Origin: a virus
Lineage: Duplodnaviria; Heunggongvirae; Uroviricota; Caudoviricetes
Reading direction: 5' to 3' (one strand)
DNA: 64,000 nt
IMG/VR virus record: IMGVR_UViG_3300026549_001031
A program made the translations under genes and the position numbers. The notes beneath the pieces were generated by a model, which saw only the letters and a program-made list of their open reading frames with translations, was not told where the DNA came from and made no database searches. Positions 47,629-58,125 of this stretch are shown here, one piece after another; the stretch's first letter is position 1, and the number at the start of each line of letters is the position of its first letter.

Positions 47629-48587
47629 TTGCTAGGATTGGTGTTTATGGAGATCCTCACCTATGTAGTAAAAATTATGGGGCGCATAGAGATTACGCTA
47701 AAGAAAGTCTATGTTACTTTGGAAAAATAGTTGATACAGTAAGAGAGGAAAAACTTACACACCTGATTGGAGCAGGGGACTTCTCATATGGTAGGTTTAG
47801 CACACTTGAGTACAGAGAGGCAGTAGATGGTTACCTTGAGGAAATTAAACAGCTTACAAATGGTAATCACTATGAGTTAAAGGGTAATCATGATGTGGCA
47901 GGATATGGGCAGACAGAAAGAGATTATTACATTAACAAAAAGTTGTTGAGACCTTCAACTAACTTAATGCTTGGAAGTCTGAATATCAGCATGGTTGATT
48001 ATGGAAAGACAAAGGATGCTGATGTAGTAATCATGGATGATGATCAGCATACAAACTTTATTGTGGCTCATGACTTCTATAAATTTGCAGGTACACAGGT
48101 GGCAAATTTTGGTGCAGCAACTGAGTTGGATCATCTTGAGAAGTGGTTTGGTGCAGATTGTTTAATTTGTGGTCATGTACATAAGATAATGGACTTTAGT
48201 GGATACATTGCTAAAGGAGATAATGTGCATGAGTTAAAGGTAATGTATCCTGGTTGTATGATGAGACCTTCATATAGAGAAGGATATATGGACACAGAGG
48301 GTCAAATAATCATCATTACAGTATTTGATGATGGTGGCATTGATTTATCAATCAAACATATTGAATTATGGGATTTAGCAGATTCATTTAACCTGCAAGC
48401 TAAGGAAAAAGAGAAAGCTAAAAAGGTTGAGAAGGCAGAGAGGGTTGATATATCAGACGTAGTTAAACAGTTGGACAGCCATGACAGAAATGTGGGTAAT
48501 CCTGAAGACATCATACGTGGAATGAAAGATGTGGACGATAAATACAAAAATAAAGCAATTGATTTATTGAAAACAGCATTGGGGTAG
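47616..48587 (+). CDS. sbcD: SbcD/Mre11/gp47-like metallophosphoesterase nuclease
   Basis: GDPHL, AGDF, KGNHD, AHD, CGHVH, YPG. Confidence 0.88.
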   Translation: MANIVARIGVYGDPHLCSKNYGAHRDYAKESLCYFGKIVDTVREEKLTHLIGAGDFSYGRFSTLEYREAVDGYLEEIKQLTNGNHYELKGNHDVAGYGQTERDYYINKKLLRPSTNLMLGSLNISMVDYGKTKDADVVIMDDDQHTNFIVAHDFYKFAGTQVANFGAATELDHLEKWFGADCLICGHVHKIMDFSGYIAKGDNVHELKVMYPGCMMRPSYREGYMDTEGQIIIITVFDDGGIDLSIKHIELWDLADSFNLQAKEKEKAKKVEKAERVDISDVVKQLDSHDRNVGNPEDIIRGMKDVDDKYKNKAIDLLKTALG

Positions 48588-48640
48588 GCTTAAAAATATA
48601 AGTAAGAGGTTTTAATTTATTAAGAAAGCGAGGAAAAAGA

Positions 48641-49192
48641 ATGTTACAGGGCATTGATTTAGGTCAGGTAAGACAGTACAATAGTACACTTAAGACTTAT
48701 AAGGATCAGTCAGCATCCTTAAATGCTGAAATTGAATACACTAATAATGAGATTGACAATTTATGTGTTCAATTAACACAGGAGTTAGGTATTCAGGTCA
48801 CAAGAGATAATATTGAGCAGGTGTACAATGATGAGGTTGCAAAGATCAATAGTACTCTGCAGTCAGGAAATGCAGTATTAGCAAAGATTGCAAGTGAAGA
48901 GCAGAATAAAGCAAACAGTGGGGCAGTAGGAAATGCAAGTGGGGCAGTAGGAAATGTAGGAGCAACAGCAGCAACAGCTAATATTCCAGCACCACAGGTA
49001 GCAAGTACACCTGTACAACAGAACGTAGCACCTGTAGGAAATACAAATGCAAGTGGTTTAGCAGATAGTACACTTCCTCCTTTTACTGGTGCAGCTCAAC
49101 CTCAGTTTAGTACAGTCAATGGAGCAGTTGAGACTAACGATGGGGCAGTTCAGAATATGACCTTACCTCCTATGTTTGGTATGGGGCAGTAA
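48641..49192 (+). CDS. Hypothetical coiled-coil protein with low-complexity tail
   Basis: 183 aa; SGAVGNA 21-nt tandem duplication. Confidence 0.7.
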   Translation: MLQGIDLGQVRQYNSTLKTYKDQSASLNAEIEYTNNEIDNLCVQLTQELGIQVTRDNIEQVYNDEVAKINSTLQSGNAVLAKIASEEQNKANSGAVGNASGAVGNVGATAATANIPAPQVASTPVQQNVAPVGNTNASGLADSTLPPFTGAAQPQFSTVNGAVETNDGAVQNMTLPPMFGMGQ

Positions 49193-49251
49193 ATCAGACA
49201 CTTAAATATAGTAGGTATTGAAAATTTAATTTTTAAGGAGAGATAAAAAAC

Positions 49252-50727
49252 ATGAAAGTAGACATTTCAAAAATTACAAGCATCATGAATATGATCTCTG
49301 CTCTTACAAGTGGAGATAAGTCTATTCCTGGTGTGTTGCTGACCACTGTTAAAACAGAGGATGGTGAGGAGAAATTAAAAGTGTGCTATTCAGATGGACA
49401 CAAGTCTCTGATTAAAGAGATTGACGTTGAGTTAGACGATAGCGATTACATTGGTAGTGTGGTAGTTACATATGAGGCATTATCAAGAGCAATTGCAAAT
49501 TGTCAGCCTTCAGGTTCAATTAAGGTAGATCAGATTGAGTTTGAATACGCACCTGGTAATATCATTGTCATTAAGGCAGACTTAAGTGTTGAGACTAAAG
49601 ATGCAGAGGGTAATGTTGTTGGACAGCGTGTAATGGCAAACAAGAGAATGGATGTGGCTTGGGTAGAGCCTGGTTCAAATATGAAGGCATCTATCTTAAC
49701 AAGAATGGACTATGATGCTTTGTTTACTGATCCTGAGGCAGAGACAGCAGATCATTACATTATTGGCGAGCTGACAGATGCTCTAAGTAGAACATCTGTA
49801 GAAAAGAACAGGGCAATCTATTTGTCAACAAAGACACAGAAAATTTTCGTTTCAAACACTGCTCATTTAACAGCAGTACCTATTCAGGGATATGATATGA
49901 CACAGGAAAGATTAGATGAAATCAGAGGTCAGCTTGTAGAAAGCGGAACTTACTCTGATGAGGCATTTGAGGCAGCTTGTGCAAATGAGAGAAATCGTAT
50001 GCATTCATCAGTGGTCATTCCTCAGAATATTGCTAAGGCAATTATTTCAATTCTTGGACAGACAAGTGCTGATAAGAACAGTGATGAAGTTCAGTTATAC
50101 ACTAAGAGTAGGTACTGTGTATTGTATATGGATACAGAGGATGATAAGCTGGCTATCTGGTTTGAAATGGCGCAGGGCAGCAAGACTCATATTGGTGCAT
50201 TAGAGAGATATAACTCACTTCAGTATCAGAGTTTTCAGCTTATGTTTATGAGAGAGTTTCTTGAAAACTCAATCAAGTCAGCATTGGCAGTAACAAAGAG
50301 TGACAAGATCAAGTTTAAGTTTGAGCCTACTGAATCAGATCAGGCAGTAACAGAACTTGATTTGGTCATTGAGGCAGGAAGTGCTTCTGCATCAGTAGTT
50401 GATAAATACAGAGTAAATCCTAGTGAGATCAATGATCCTACTAACTCACTTGCACAGAAAGAGTTTAATGTGTCATTGAAAGTATTCTGGGATATGCTTA
50501 GTCAGTTAAAGACAGAGTTTGTTGCATTAGACTTTGACGTTCAGGGTACACCTGGAAATGAGTTAACTTGCATCAGACTTGCAGAGGTTGACACAGCTAA
50601 AATGCAGGCAGCTTACATGAGTGCAAGAGAGGGCTTACAGGATGGAGAGAGAACTCCTCTTGATAAGAAGATGGCATTTAGAACATCTACATTAAATGTA
50701 GTTCAGTATGCTATGTTAACAAGATAA
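49252..50727 (+). CDS. Sliding-clamp (DnaN/beta)-like protein
   Basis: Three-domain pattern: LKVCYSDG..LIKEIDV; FMREFLENSIKSA; FNVSLKVFWDMLSQLKTEFVALDF. Confidence 0.55.
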   Translation: MKVDISKITSIMNMISALTSGDKSIPGVLLTTVKTEDGEEKLKVCYSDGHKSLIKEIDVELDDSDYIGSVVVTYEALSRAIANCQPSGSIKVDQIEFEYAPGNIIVIKADLSVETKDAEGNVVGQRVMANKRMDVAWVEPGSNMKASILTRMDYDALFTDPEAETADHYIIGELTDALSRTSVEKNRAIYLSTKTQKIFVSNTAHLTAVPIQGYDMTQERLDEIRGQLVESGTYSDEAFEAACANERNRMHSSVVIPQNIAKAIISILGQTSADKNSDEVQLYTKSRYCVLYMDTEDDKLAIWFEMAQGSKTHIGALERYNSLQYQSFQLMFMREFLENSIKSALAVTKSDKIKFKFEPTESDQAVTELDLVIEAGSASASVVDKYRVNPSEINDPTNSLAQKEFNVSLKVFWDMLSQLKTEFVALDFDVQGTPGNELTCIRLAEVDTAKMQAAYMSAREGLQDGERTPLDKKMAFRTSTLNVVQYAMLTR

Positions 50728-50816
50728 TGACAGGTTGATTTAATGGTGAGTACTCTGCAAAATGGTTGTGGGTGCTCACTATTTTTATGTAAAAAAAGAA
50801 AAGAGAGGATTTAACT

Positions 50817-51212
50817 ATGAAAAAGAGAATGTTATACATTTCACATCCGAGTGGCGGCAAAGAAGAGAATACTAGAGACATTGAGAAAGTAGTGAAAGCC
50901 TTATGTACAAATAAAGACATTGTAAAAAATTTCTGCATTGTGTCACCTGTGCATAACTATGGTTTTATGTATGAAGAGCTTAGCTATGAAGATGGGCTTG
51001 ATTTGTGTTTAGATCTGCTTGAGGAATGTGATATTGCATTGGTAGTAGGTGATTGGAGAACAAGTACAGGCTGTAAGAAAGAAATTAGTTTCTGTGAGAA
51101 AAATAATAAACCATATATTATGGTAGATACTTCAGATACTTTGATTAAGGAGGTAAATGATAAGCTCTGCACTCAATTACTTAAGGCAATCAGGAGTTCT
51201 GATATGGCATAG
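50817..51212 (+). CDS. DUF4406/DUF1937 nucleoside-deoxyribosyltransferase-like protein
   Basis: LYISHP, LDLLEECD..GDWRTSTGCKKEI. Confidence 0.7.
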   Translation: MKKRMLYISHPSGGKEENTRDIEKVVKALCTNKDIVKNFCIVSPVHNYGFMYEELSYEDGLDLCLDLLEECDIALVVGDWRTSTGCKKEISFCEKNNKPYIMVDTSDTLIKEVNDKLCTQLLKAIRSSDMA

Positions 51213-51326
51213 GTTACAATGGTGTTTAGTCCTTGTTTCATACATGTTGTGTAAAAAATATGATTTTATTTTTATTTAATTAAATTAAAATTAAGTTCAT
51301 ACATAAGATGCATAGAAAGGGGTAGT

Positions 51327-52019
51327 ATGAGACATAGGGCTGAATTAGCCATGCAGCCTATATATAACTACAACACTGGTACTGTAGATTACATTGAAGT
51401 TCTGATACGTGGATATAAGGGCATGGACAACGTTAAGGACATATTAAATAGTGTGCAAAGTACAGGGACAGAGAAACAGTTTGACATGGATGTGTTAGTA
51501 GAGACATTAAATGTAATAAAGGGAGTAGGTATCAAGGTGCCCGTTTGCGTTAATTTATGTCCTAATACAATAGAATGTAAGGGTATTGGGGCATTGATTT
51601 TGAAAATCATAGACAAATATGGAGTAGATAGGTCACAGATTGTAATTGAGGCTAATGAGTTAACCGACTTTACTAATGTGAATGTACAATGTAACCTTGA
51701 TATTTTACACAACAATGGAGTTAAGATTGCATTGGATGACTTTGGGTCTGGAAAGACAACCTTGTTATGTTTAGTGTATAATGACTTTGATATCATCAAG
51801 ATAGACAGGGATTTCATTACTAATGATCATTGGCATAATAAGGAACAAATGTTACGATATGTGAAAAGTCTTGTAGATGGTTTGAAGCTACAGGTAATTG
51901 TAGAGGGAATTGAGACACTACAGAGACTAAAAGAGGTCAGACAGCTTGGGTTTGGAACAGTACAAGGTTATATTTATCACAAACCTATGTTAGTAAGTGA
52001 ACTCAAAAAGGCAAATTAG
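51327..52019 (+). CDS. Stand-alone EAL-domain cyclic-di-GMP phosphodiesterase
   Basis: MQP, EVLIR, VNL, IEANE, ALDDFGSG, IKIDRDF, VEGIET, QGY. Confidence 0.9.
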   Translation: MRHRAELAMQPIYNYNTGTVDYIEVLIRGYKGMDNVKDILNSVQSTGTEKQFDMDVLVETLNVIKGVGIKVPVCVNLCPNTIECKGIGALILKIIDKYGVDRSQIVIEANELTDFTNVNVQCNLDILHNNGVKIALDDFGSGKTTLLCLVYNDFDIIKIDRDFITNDHWHNKEQMLRYVKSLVDGLKLQVIVEGIETLQRLKEVRQLGFGTVQGYIYHKPMLVSELKKAN

Positions 52020-52032
52020 GAGAGGAAAAGGA

Positions 52033-52755
52033 ATGGACAACGAAAAAGAAGGAATGGACAATACAAATTTAAGTACTGGGCTTGAGGGTTTAGGAAGATT
52101 CATAGGAGATGCAAATGCACTTGCAGGTTCAGTTGATAAAGAGGCATATGAAAGTAATAAAGACAGTGAAAATAGTGAAATGTGGCTTGATATTAACAAA
52201 TTGAGACTTGACAAAAATGAGTACCTCAAGGAGTGGATGCGAAAGACAGGGGCATTTGGTATAGATGACATTGATGATGATTGGTTTTCAGTGACAATTA
52301 AGAGCAATGACAAGGTTTATATAGTAACAGCATGTGAAAATGAGGCATATGAAAAATGTGTAAATACACCTGGTGCTAACTATGTTGCTTTTGTTACTAA
52401 AGAGCTTGGACTTATGGATAAATCTGAATTGTCAAAGAACTATCATATGGAGGTCCTTGATTTAGATGATATGTACAAGTTAAATACAGCAATCAGCAAT
52501 GGCATAAATGGAGCAAGGCACTTCTCATTGAGTGTGGACACATTTTTAGGGCAGGCACAATCAGAGTTGAGTCATAAAATGTTTTATGAGAATCATGATG
52601 GTTCAATTGTAGAGAGCAATCCTGTTTTGGATAAGGTCGTGGGAGTTATTAGAGATGGGGCAAGTCAAATTGAGTCTAGCTTCAGGGAAACAGTAGATAG
52701 TTTACAAACAAGTAGGTCACAGCAAAACATTGGTTTAGAGAGCAAAACAAACTAA
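52033..52755 (+). CDS. Hypothetical protein
   Basis: ATG 52033 after GAGG; acidic 240 aa. Confidence 0.7.
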   Translation: MDNEKEGMDNTNLSTGLEGLGRFIGDANALAGSVDKEAYESNKDSENSEMWLDINKLRLDKNEYLKEWMRKTGAFGIDDIDDDWFSVTIKSNDKVYIVTACENEAYEKCVNTPGANYVAFVTKELGLMDKSELSKNYHMEVLDLDDMYKLNTAISNGINGARHFSLSVDTFLGQAQSELSHKMFYENHDGSIVESNPVLDKVVGVIRDGASQIESSFRETVDSLQTSRSQQNIGLESKTN

Positions 52756-52810
52756 AGAGAAGTTGATGCTCTTTGAATAAAAATAATCATTTCTTTAAGG
52801 AGGAAAAGAC

Positions 52811-53635
52811 ATGAAAAAGTGTATAGTTACTTTAATGACAGTATTAGCACTTGTTGGAACAACAGTAACTGGTGTAGCAGTTGTGTCTCCTACAGCTGTT
52901 AGTGCAAAGACAACTAACAGTAAGAGTAGTAAAAGTAAAGTAGTTAAATCAAAAACTACAGTTGACAAGATTATCAAGGCTACTCAGGACAAAGATACAG
53001 ACAGTGGTAAACCTAACAAGGCAGGCAGTAAAACAATCAATGATGCAATGTATTTCAAAAAGGGATCATATGGTTACAAGACACCTTCAGGTAAGTCTGA
53101 TAAGGTTGCTAAGTTCAAAAAGGGAGATAGCGTTACAGTAGTTGCTGTTTATTCTAAAGCAGGTGGAAAGAAACTTACTTATAAGGGTGAGTACTGTAAA
53201 TGGTATAAAACTAACGTAGGTGTGTTCATACCTGAGACAGTATTAACATCTAAAGATCCTTTCTCAATTGAGAAGGGCGGATACCCTAAGAGAGTTGCAA
53301 TTAAAACAAATAATGCTAATGGATACACACAGCCACAGACATACTATTGGTATGAGTATTGGACCTGGGAACCTTACACATATACTTGGACAGACAAGAA
53401 GGGTAGGGAGCACTCAGAGACAAGGTATAATGAGGTTCATCATAAGGATAGGGTGTCACAGCCTTATGGTAAGCAGTTTGAAAAGGGTAGAGAGTATAAG
53501 ATCTATGGTAAAGTAGATTCATTACATGGTAAATCAGATGATGGATCATTCTATCTGATCAAGGGCAATGATGGTAGGACATTATACATTAAGACAACAG
53601 ATGTTACAAATGTTAAGAATTCTTACCTTGAGTAA
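52811..53635 (+). CDS. Secreted protein with SH3-like segments
   Basis: MKK + hydrophobic + AVSA signal peptide; VAKFKKGDSVTVV..WYKT; YKIYGKV..FYLIK. Confidence 0.7.
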   Translation: MKKCIVTLMTVLALVGTTVTGVAVVSPTAVSAKTTNSKSSKSKVVKSKTTVDKIIKATQDKDTDSGKPNKAGSKTINDAMYFKKGSYGYKTPSGKSDKVAKFKKGDSVTVVAVYSKAGGKKLTYKGEYCKWYKTNVGVFIPETVLTSKDPFSIEKGGYPKRVAIKTNNANGYTQPQTYYWYEYWTWEPYTYTWTDKKGREHSETRYNEVHHKDRVSQPYGKQFEKGREYKIYGKVDSLHGKSDDGSFYLIKGNDGRTLYIKTTDVTNVKNSYLE

Positions 53636-53720
53636 GAGAAATTAAGCAGTAGAAAGTTATGGGTGAACATTTGAATATTGAATGGTCACCCATATTTTTT
53701 ATGGAGGAGAAAGAGAGATC

Positions 53721-54383
53721 ATGAAAAACAAATTTAAGTCATTGGTATGCTTAGTATTAGCGCTTGTAATGGTGTTAAGTTGCATTACACCAGTAAGTGC
53801 AGCAACAGTAGACTTAACTTCCAGACCTATCACTTTAAAGGAAGGGGCAGAGGTACTGTTTCTTATGAATGGTGGAAGAGATGGAAAAATTGGTACTATA
53901 ATCAGTAGTGGCATGTTTGCATCAGTAGAAATTGGTATGGACACATATAATTTAAGGAACATTAATGCAGTAAGATACGTGGATGATGTTGCAGTTGAAA
54001 GCTGTAGTACATTAGTTAGACATGAGGCAGGATTTATAATGAGCTTCAATCTTAAAAAGGTAGGCAGTAGAAAACAGGAGATGGCAGCAGGATATGTTTA
54101 TGTATCAGGTATAGAGAACACTAAATACATTGATGTATCTAGTAGTAACAATAGTCTTGTAGTTTCATCTGATAAAGCAACAATTTATAACACTAGTTGC
54201 AATAGTATTGGCAGGGTTTCAAAGAGATTTGCATTTACAGCTAAATCAATCATTGTAAAGAACGGTAAGGCATATTTCTTAATGAATAAGAAATTCAAGA
54301 AGGTTTACAGAAACAGTTACGGTAAGAGAGTTACAAAGAAAATCAACGTTATGATTAGTGCATCCGACACAACAGTTGCATAA
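53721..54383 (+). CDS. Secreted protein
   Basis: ATG 53721 after GGAGG; MKNKFK..LALVMVL..PVSAA signal peptide. Confidence 0.7.
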   Translation: MKNKFKSLVCLVLALVMVLSCITPVSAATVDLTSRPITLKEGAEVLFLMNGGRDGKIGTIISSGMFASVEIGMDTYNLRNINAVRYVDDVAVESCSTLVRHEAGFIMSFNLKKVGSRKQEMAAGYVYVSGIENTKYIDVSSSNNSLVVSSDKATIYNTSCNSIGRVSKRFAFTAKSIIVKNGKAYFLMNKKFKKVYRNSYGKRVTKKINVMISASDTTVA

Positions 54384-54481
54384 AACCAGCAGTTCAATAA
54401 TAAGGTGAACATCTGATAAACGTTTAGGTGTTCACTTAATTATAAATATAACCATTCAATAAATAAAAGGAGGAGAAAGAA

Positions 54482-55084
54482 ATGAAGGGTTTGTTTAAAC
54501 GTGTAGCAGGTGTGATGCTTGCTGCAGCAATGGTAATTACTTCAGTTGCTTGTTTCAATCCTGTTGAAGCAAAGGCAGCTCAAGAGTACACACTTAAAAA
54601 GGTGTACACACTCAAGGTAAAGAATGGAGCAGCATTTATGGATGCACCTAGCCTTGCCGATTCAGAAGTTACAGATGTAAAAAGGATCTTCAGTGCTAGT
54701 AGAATTAAGAATGTAAAGGCATCAGCTTATATTCCTTACTATGACAATGGCTATTTCAAATGTACATATAAGTGCAGAGAGAACAGCAAGAAAAGGTGGG
54801 TTACAAAGACTGGATACCTTTGTACATCAGATGTAGCATTTGATGAGGATGATGGACACAGCTTCTATTTTAGTAAGTCAGTAACAGGTAAGACAAACAA
54901 GAGTGCACAGACATACTTGATTGGGTTTATACCTTTTAAAACATTAAAGGCAGATAAGAGAATCACTGTAAGAGGAATCAATGTCAATGGTAATACAGGT
55001 GAGACACGTTACAAATTTAATGCAAAGATTAAAGGAGTTAAGACACCATTGTTAGTTGACACATTTGCAGTAGATTTGCAGTAG
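54482..55084 (+). CDS. Secreted protein with SH3-like segments
   Basis: MKGLFKR..VEAKAA signal peptide. Confidence 0.7.
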   Translation: MKGLFKRVAGVMLAAAMVITSVACFNPVEAKAAQEYTLKKVYTLKVKNGAAFMDAPSLADSEVTDVKRIFSASRIKNVKASAYIPYYDNGYFKCTYKCRENSKKRWVTKTGYLCTSDVAFDEDDGHSFYFSKSVTGKTNKSAQTYLIGFIPFKTLKADKRITVRGINVNGNTGETRYKFNAKIKGVKTPLLVDTFAVDLQ

Positions 55085-55102
55085 TGATTGGAGGGAAAGA
55101 AA

Positions 55103-55795
55103 GTGAAGAACATTCTTAAAAGATTTGTAACAGTTGCTTTGGCGGCTGTTACACTAGTAAGTAGTTTAACAGTAGGAAGTGTTGATGCTTCAGCACTTAA
55201 ACTTAAAGAGGCTAATAATTGGGGTGGAGCATTCATCACTAAAGATTTTGTAAACCTGGAATTGAATCCTGATACAACAATTATGCATGTAGAGGTCAGG
55301 ATGAGTAAGGCAAATGCTAGACCAGAAAGATATGTACATATCAAGAATAGTATAGAATTGTCTGATCCTAACATAAAAGAAATAGGGGGAGGAATGAGTA
55401 ATTTTCATCTGCTTGGTTATAGTAGATTGTATCCTAACAAAGTATTTGCAGAGTTTTATTACAAATATAAGGGCAAATACAGATTAGCAGATGGACTTGT
55501 TGATGTTAGTGATATTCAGGGAGATATTTTATGTAATTTCAGAATGCTTTACTTCTCGACAACGATTAAGGGAGACAGGTCAGACCGTGTAGAAGTAATT
55601 AACACTATGACAGGATGGGCAAAGAAAATAAAAGGTGGATCAACTATAAAGGTTACAGGCTATGCAGTAAAAGATGGAATACCTCATTATTTGTTTAGTA
55701 AGACACTTACTGATAAAGAAACAGGTAAAAAAGTAAAGACTACATTTGCAGTACCAATCACAGACACACATGGTGAGGAGTTCAGCCTGTGGTAA
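55103..55795 (+). CDS. Secreted protein
   Basis: GTG start after GGAGGG; KNILKR..VDASA signal peptide. Confidence 0.7.
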   Translation: MKNILKRFVTVALAAVTLVSSLTVGSVDASALKLKEANNWGGAFITKDFVNLELNPDTTIMHVEVRMSKANARPERYVHIKNSIELSDPNIKEIGGGMSNFHLLGYSRLYPNKVFAEFYYKYKGKYRLADGLVDVSDIQGDILCNFRMLYFSTTIKGDRSDRVEVINTMTGWAKKIKGGSTIKVTGYAVKDGIPHYLFSKTLTDKETGKKVKTTFAVPITDTHGEEFSLW

Positions 55796-56048
55796 GGAGC
55801 TCAGCCTGTTAGGTAATTAAAATCACAGGTAATAAAAGAGAAAGAGCATGACATTTTTGTTGTGCTCTTTTTTCTTATGCATATAAATAAATAAAGTATT
55901 ATTTATATTATTTTTTATTTTAGGTGATATAGAAAAAGGTACATGCCTAATTGAACAGATCCTTATATAAATAATGATGCTGACACAAGTTTTTATACTT
56001 ATCAAAAAACAAAAAAATACAATAAGAGTTCTAGGAGGACAAAGAGGA

Positions 56049-56852
56049 ATGAGAGTAGAAGCAAAGAAAAGAGTAATTAAGACAGTGGTTGCAGGACTTA
56101 TGGGTTTAGCAATTGCAGTGACAAGTATGCTTGGTGCAGGAGCAGATACAGTAGTTAAGGCAAGTACAACAGGTGCAGTTGCAAGCAACTCAACAATGAG
56201 TGTTTATAAGCCTGTGAATGGTGAGTTATATACAGAGGTTGGTGGAAAAGCAATCTTAAAGAAATGTAAGATTGACAAGGTTGAGTATAAAGAGGGCACA
56301 GTGCTGAAATTAAAAGAACAGTTAGATGTGATGGACAGCAAGGGAGATGCAGTTTCATACTTCTATGGAACAGTTGGTGGTTCTAAAAAGGTAATTAAGG
56401 TATCTACTGAAAATATTAAAAAGCTTAAGTTATCAAAGAAATCAGCGAAGTATCAGAAGTTTGTGCCTGCTAAGACATTGACAGCAACAGTTACAAAAGA
56501 TACATACATGTTGGATATTGCAGACTACGATCCTGTAATTGATTTGACAGATTACCTTGACGATGATAATAAGATTAGTGCTTCTGAATTAAGAGAATTA
56601 CTTGATGAACAGACACTTGAAAATACTAGGTTTCATGGGTTTGGAGATGATTCAGCAAAGAAGTTTAGGGTGACCAAGGTTGCTAAGGGTACTAAATATA
56701 TGGTAAGAAGTATTGAGTACAAAGGAGAGTTTGATGCAAGCGCTAATGGATATACAAAAGTCTTTGTGAATACAAAATACAGCAGTAGTGATGTTGAGTA
56801 TACAAATTTGTTTATGAACCCTAAGCAGGTAAAATTAAGTTTTAGCAAGTAG
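56049..56852 (+). CDS. Secreted protein
   Basis: ATG 56049 after GAGG; KKRVIK..LAIAV..VVKAS signal peptide. Confidence 0.7.
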   Translation: MRVEAKKRVIKTVVAGLMGLAIAVTSMLGAGADTVVKASTTGAVASNSTMSVYKPVNGELYTEVGGKAILKKCKIDKVEYKEGTVLKLKEQLDVMDSKGDAVSYFYGTVGGSKKVIKVSTENIKKLKLSKKSAKYQKFVPAKTLTATVTKDTYMLDIADYDPVIDLTDYLDDDNKISASELRELLDEQTLENTRFHGFGDDSAKKFRVTKVAKGTKYMVRSIEYKGEFDASANGYTKVFVNTKYSSSDVEYTNLFMNPKQVKLSFSK

Positions 56853-56854
56853 AT

Positions 56855-57583
56855 TTGGAGATTGACATGGGAAGTATAGTGGATGAGTTCAAGGACTTGA
56901 TAGTTGAGACAGAGGATGAGAGCTTGGAGGCAGCTAGTTTAAGACTAATTACAGAAAGAAAAAATGAAATTAGACTTAATAAGAGTACATACAATGGTAT
57001 AAGCCTGGACAAGATAAATAGTTTAATTACAGATACAGAGACAGCAGTGATGCCTTGGAAACATTTGACATTTACATTGGATGTAAGCAGGTTAACAGAC
57101 ATTTCAGGTGGAGCATTGAAGCAATTTGTAATTCCTAGTTATATCGAAGAAATTACAAGTGCTGGAGATACAGGTAGCATATTTGGTTTCAATGAGACAG
57201 GTCAGAATTATTTGAAAGAAATTGTAATTAACAAAAATGCATTGGTAATTGATAATAGTGCTTTTGCATTATATACAAGACTTGAGAGAGTGGTCTTTGA
57301 AAAAGACAGTAGACTTGGTTTAATTGGAAATAGAGCATTTGCTGGATGTGACAGACTTAAAACTTTGGACTTTAGAAATTGTAGAGACCTTGAGTTAATT
57401 CCTAGTGACATATGTAAATATAGTGGAGTAACAACAATTAAGTTGCCTAGTACACTGGAGGATATGGATTTAGCATTGTTTGATGAATGTGATGTGAATA
57501 TAATATACTTTGACAATGTGAGATATACAAAGCAAGAGTTTATAGATACATATAAAAATTATGACTATAGACCTTTCTGGTAA
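56855..57583 (+). CDS. BspA-type leucine-rich repeat protein
   Basis: VIDNSAFALYTRLERVVF, LIGNRAFAGCDRLKTLDF, IKLPSTL. Confidence 0.85.
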   Translation: MEIDMGSIVDEFKDLIVETEDESLEAASLRLITERKNEIRLNKSTYNGISLDKINSLITDTETAVMPWKHLTFTLDVSRLTDISGGALKQFVIPSYIEEITSAGDTGSIFGFNETGQNYLKEIVINKNALVIDNSAFALYTRLERVVFEKDSRLGLIGNRAFAGCDRLKTLDFRNCRDLELIPSDICKYSGVTTIKLPSTLEDMDLALFDECDVNIIYFDNVRYTKQEFIDTYKNYDYRPFW

Positions 57584-57885
57584 GAGAAAAGGACATGGAA
57601 AACAAGGGCATATAGGTGGGACAGATACTAAAAAACTTGATGCAGTAAGGGTTAAATAAGGCATATAAGAATTGAGTTTAATGAGAAAATAGGAAAGATA
57701 AGCACTAGAAAAATAAGGGTGCATTGGTAAAAATAAGGGTGTGGACAAGTTTGAAAAACTTGTGAGCATTCAGAGGACATTGAATGAAAATCAGCTTTAT
57801 TGTTAAAAATAGAGATTAAGTGATAAAAGAGAGGTAGTAAAAATGAGGAAGTTAGCTCCATTAAAAGAAGGAAGGTACAGATAAG

Positions 57886-58101
57886 GTGTTAAGTGGAAAT
57901 TGGAAAGCAAGAATATACGTTTATTTCTTTGTTGTGTTATTTTCAATAATTTTCACAATGATTGTGATTTCTGAATATGGACATAGACATGAGCAGTTAG
58001 GGCTGTTTAGACTAATAGTGGTGTCATGTTGTGTGTTTGCAGTGACTTGCTTTTCATTAGTAATGTTATCAAATGCAACTATATTAAAAAATTACTTATA
58101 G
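57886..58101 (+). CDS. Small two-TM membrane protein
   Basis: GTG start, two hydrophobic helices (holin-like size only). Confidence 0.55.
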   Translation: MLSGNWKARIYVYFFVVLFSIIFTMIVISEYGHRHEQLGLFRLIVVSCCVFAVTCFSLVMLSNATILKNYL

Positions 58102-58125
58102 AAATTAAGGAAAGGACATATAAAA

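Noticed and set aside
48917-48958. 21-nt tandem repeat (SGAVGNA); also 9-nt repeats near 62265
   Set aside because: In-frame low-complexity coding repeats with no sign of an independent role.
55782-55820. Short tandem duplication GGAG(T/C)TCAGCCTGT at end of ORF 55103
   Set aside because: Two copies only, likely a local duplication with no evidence of function.
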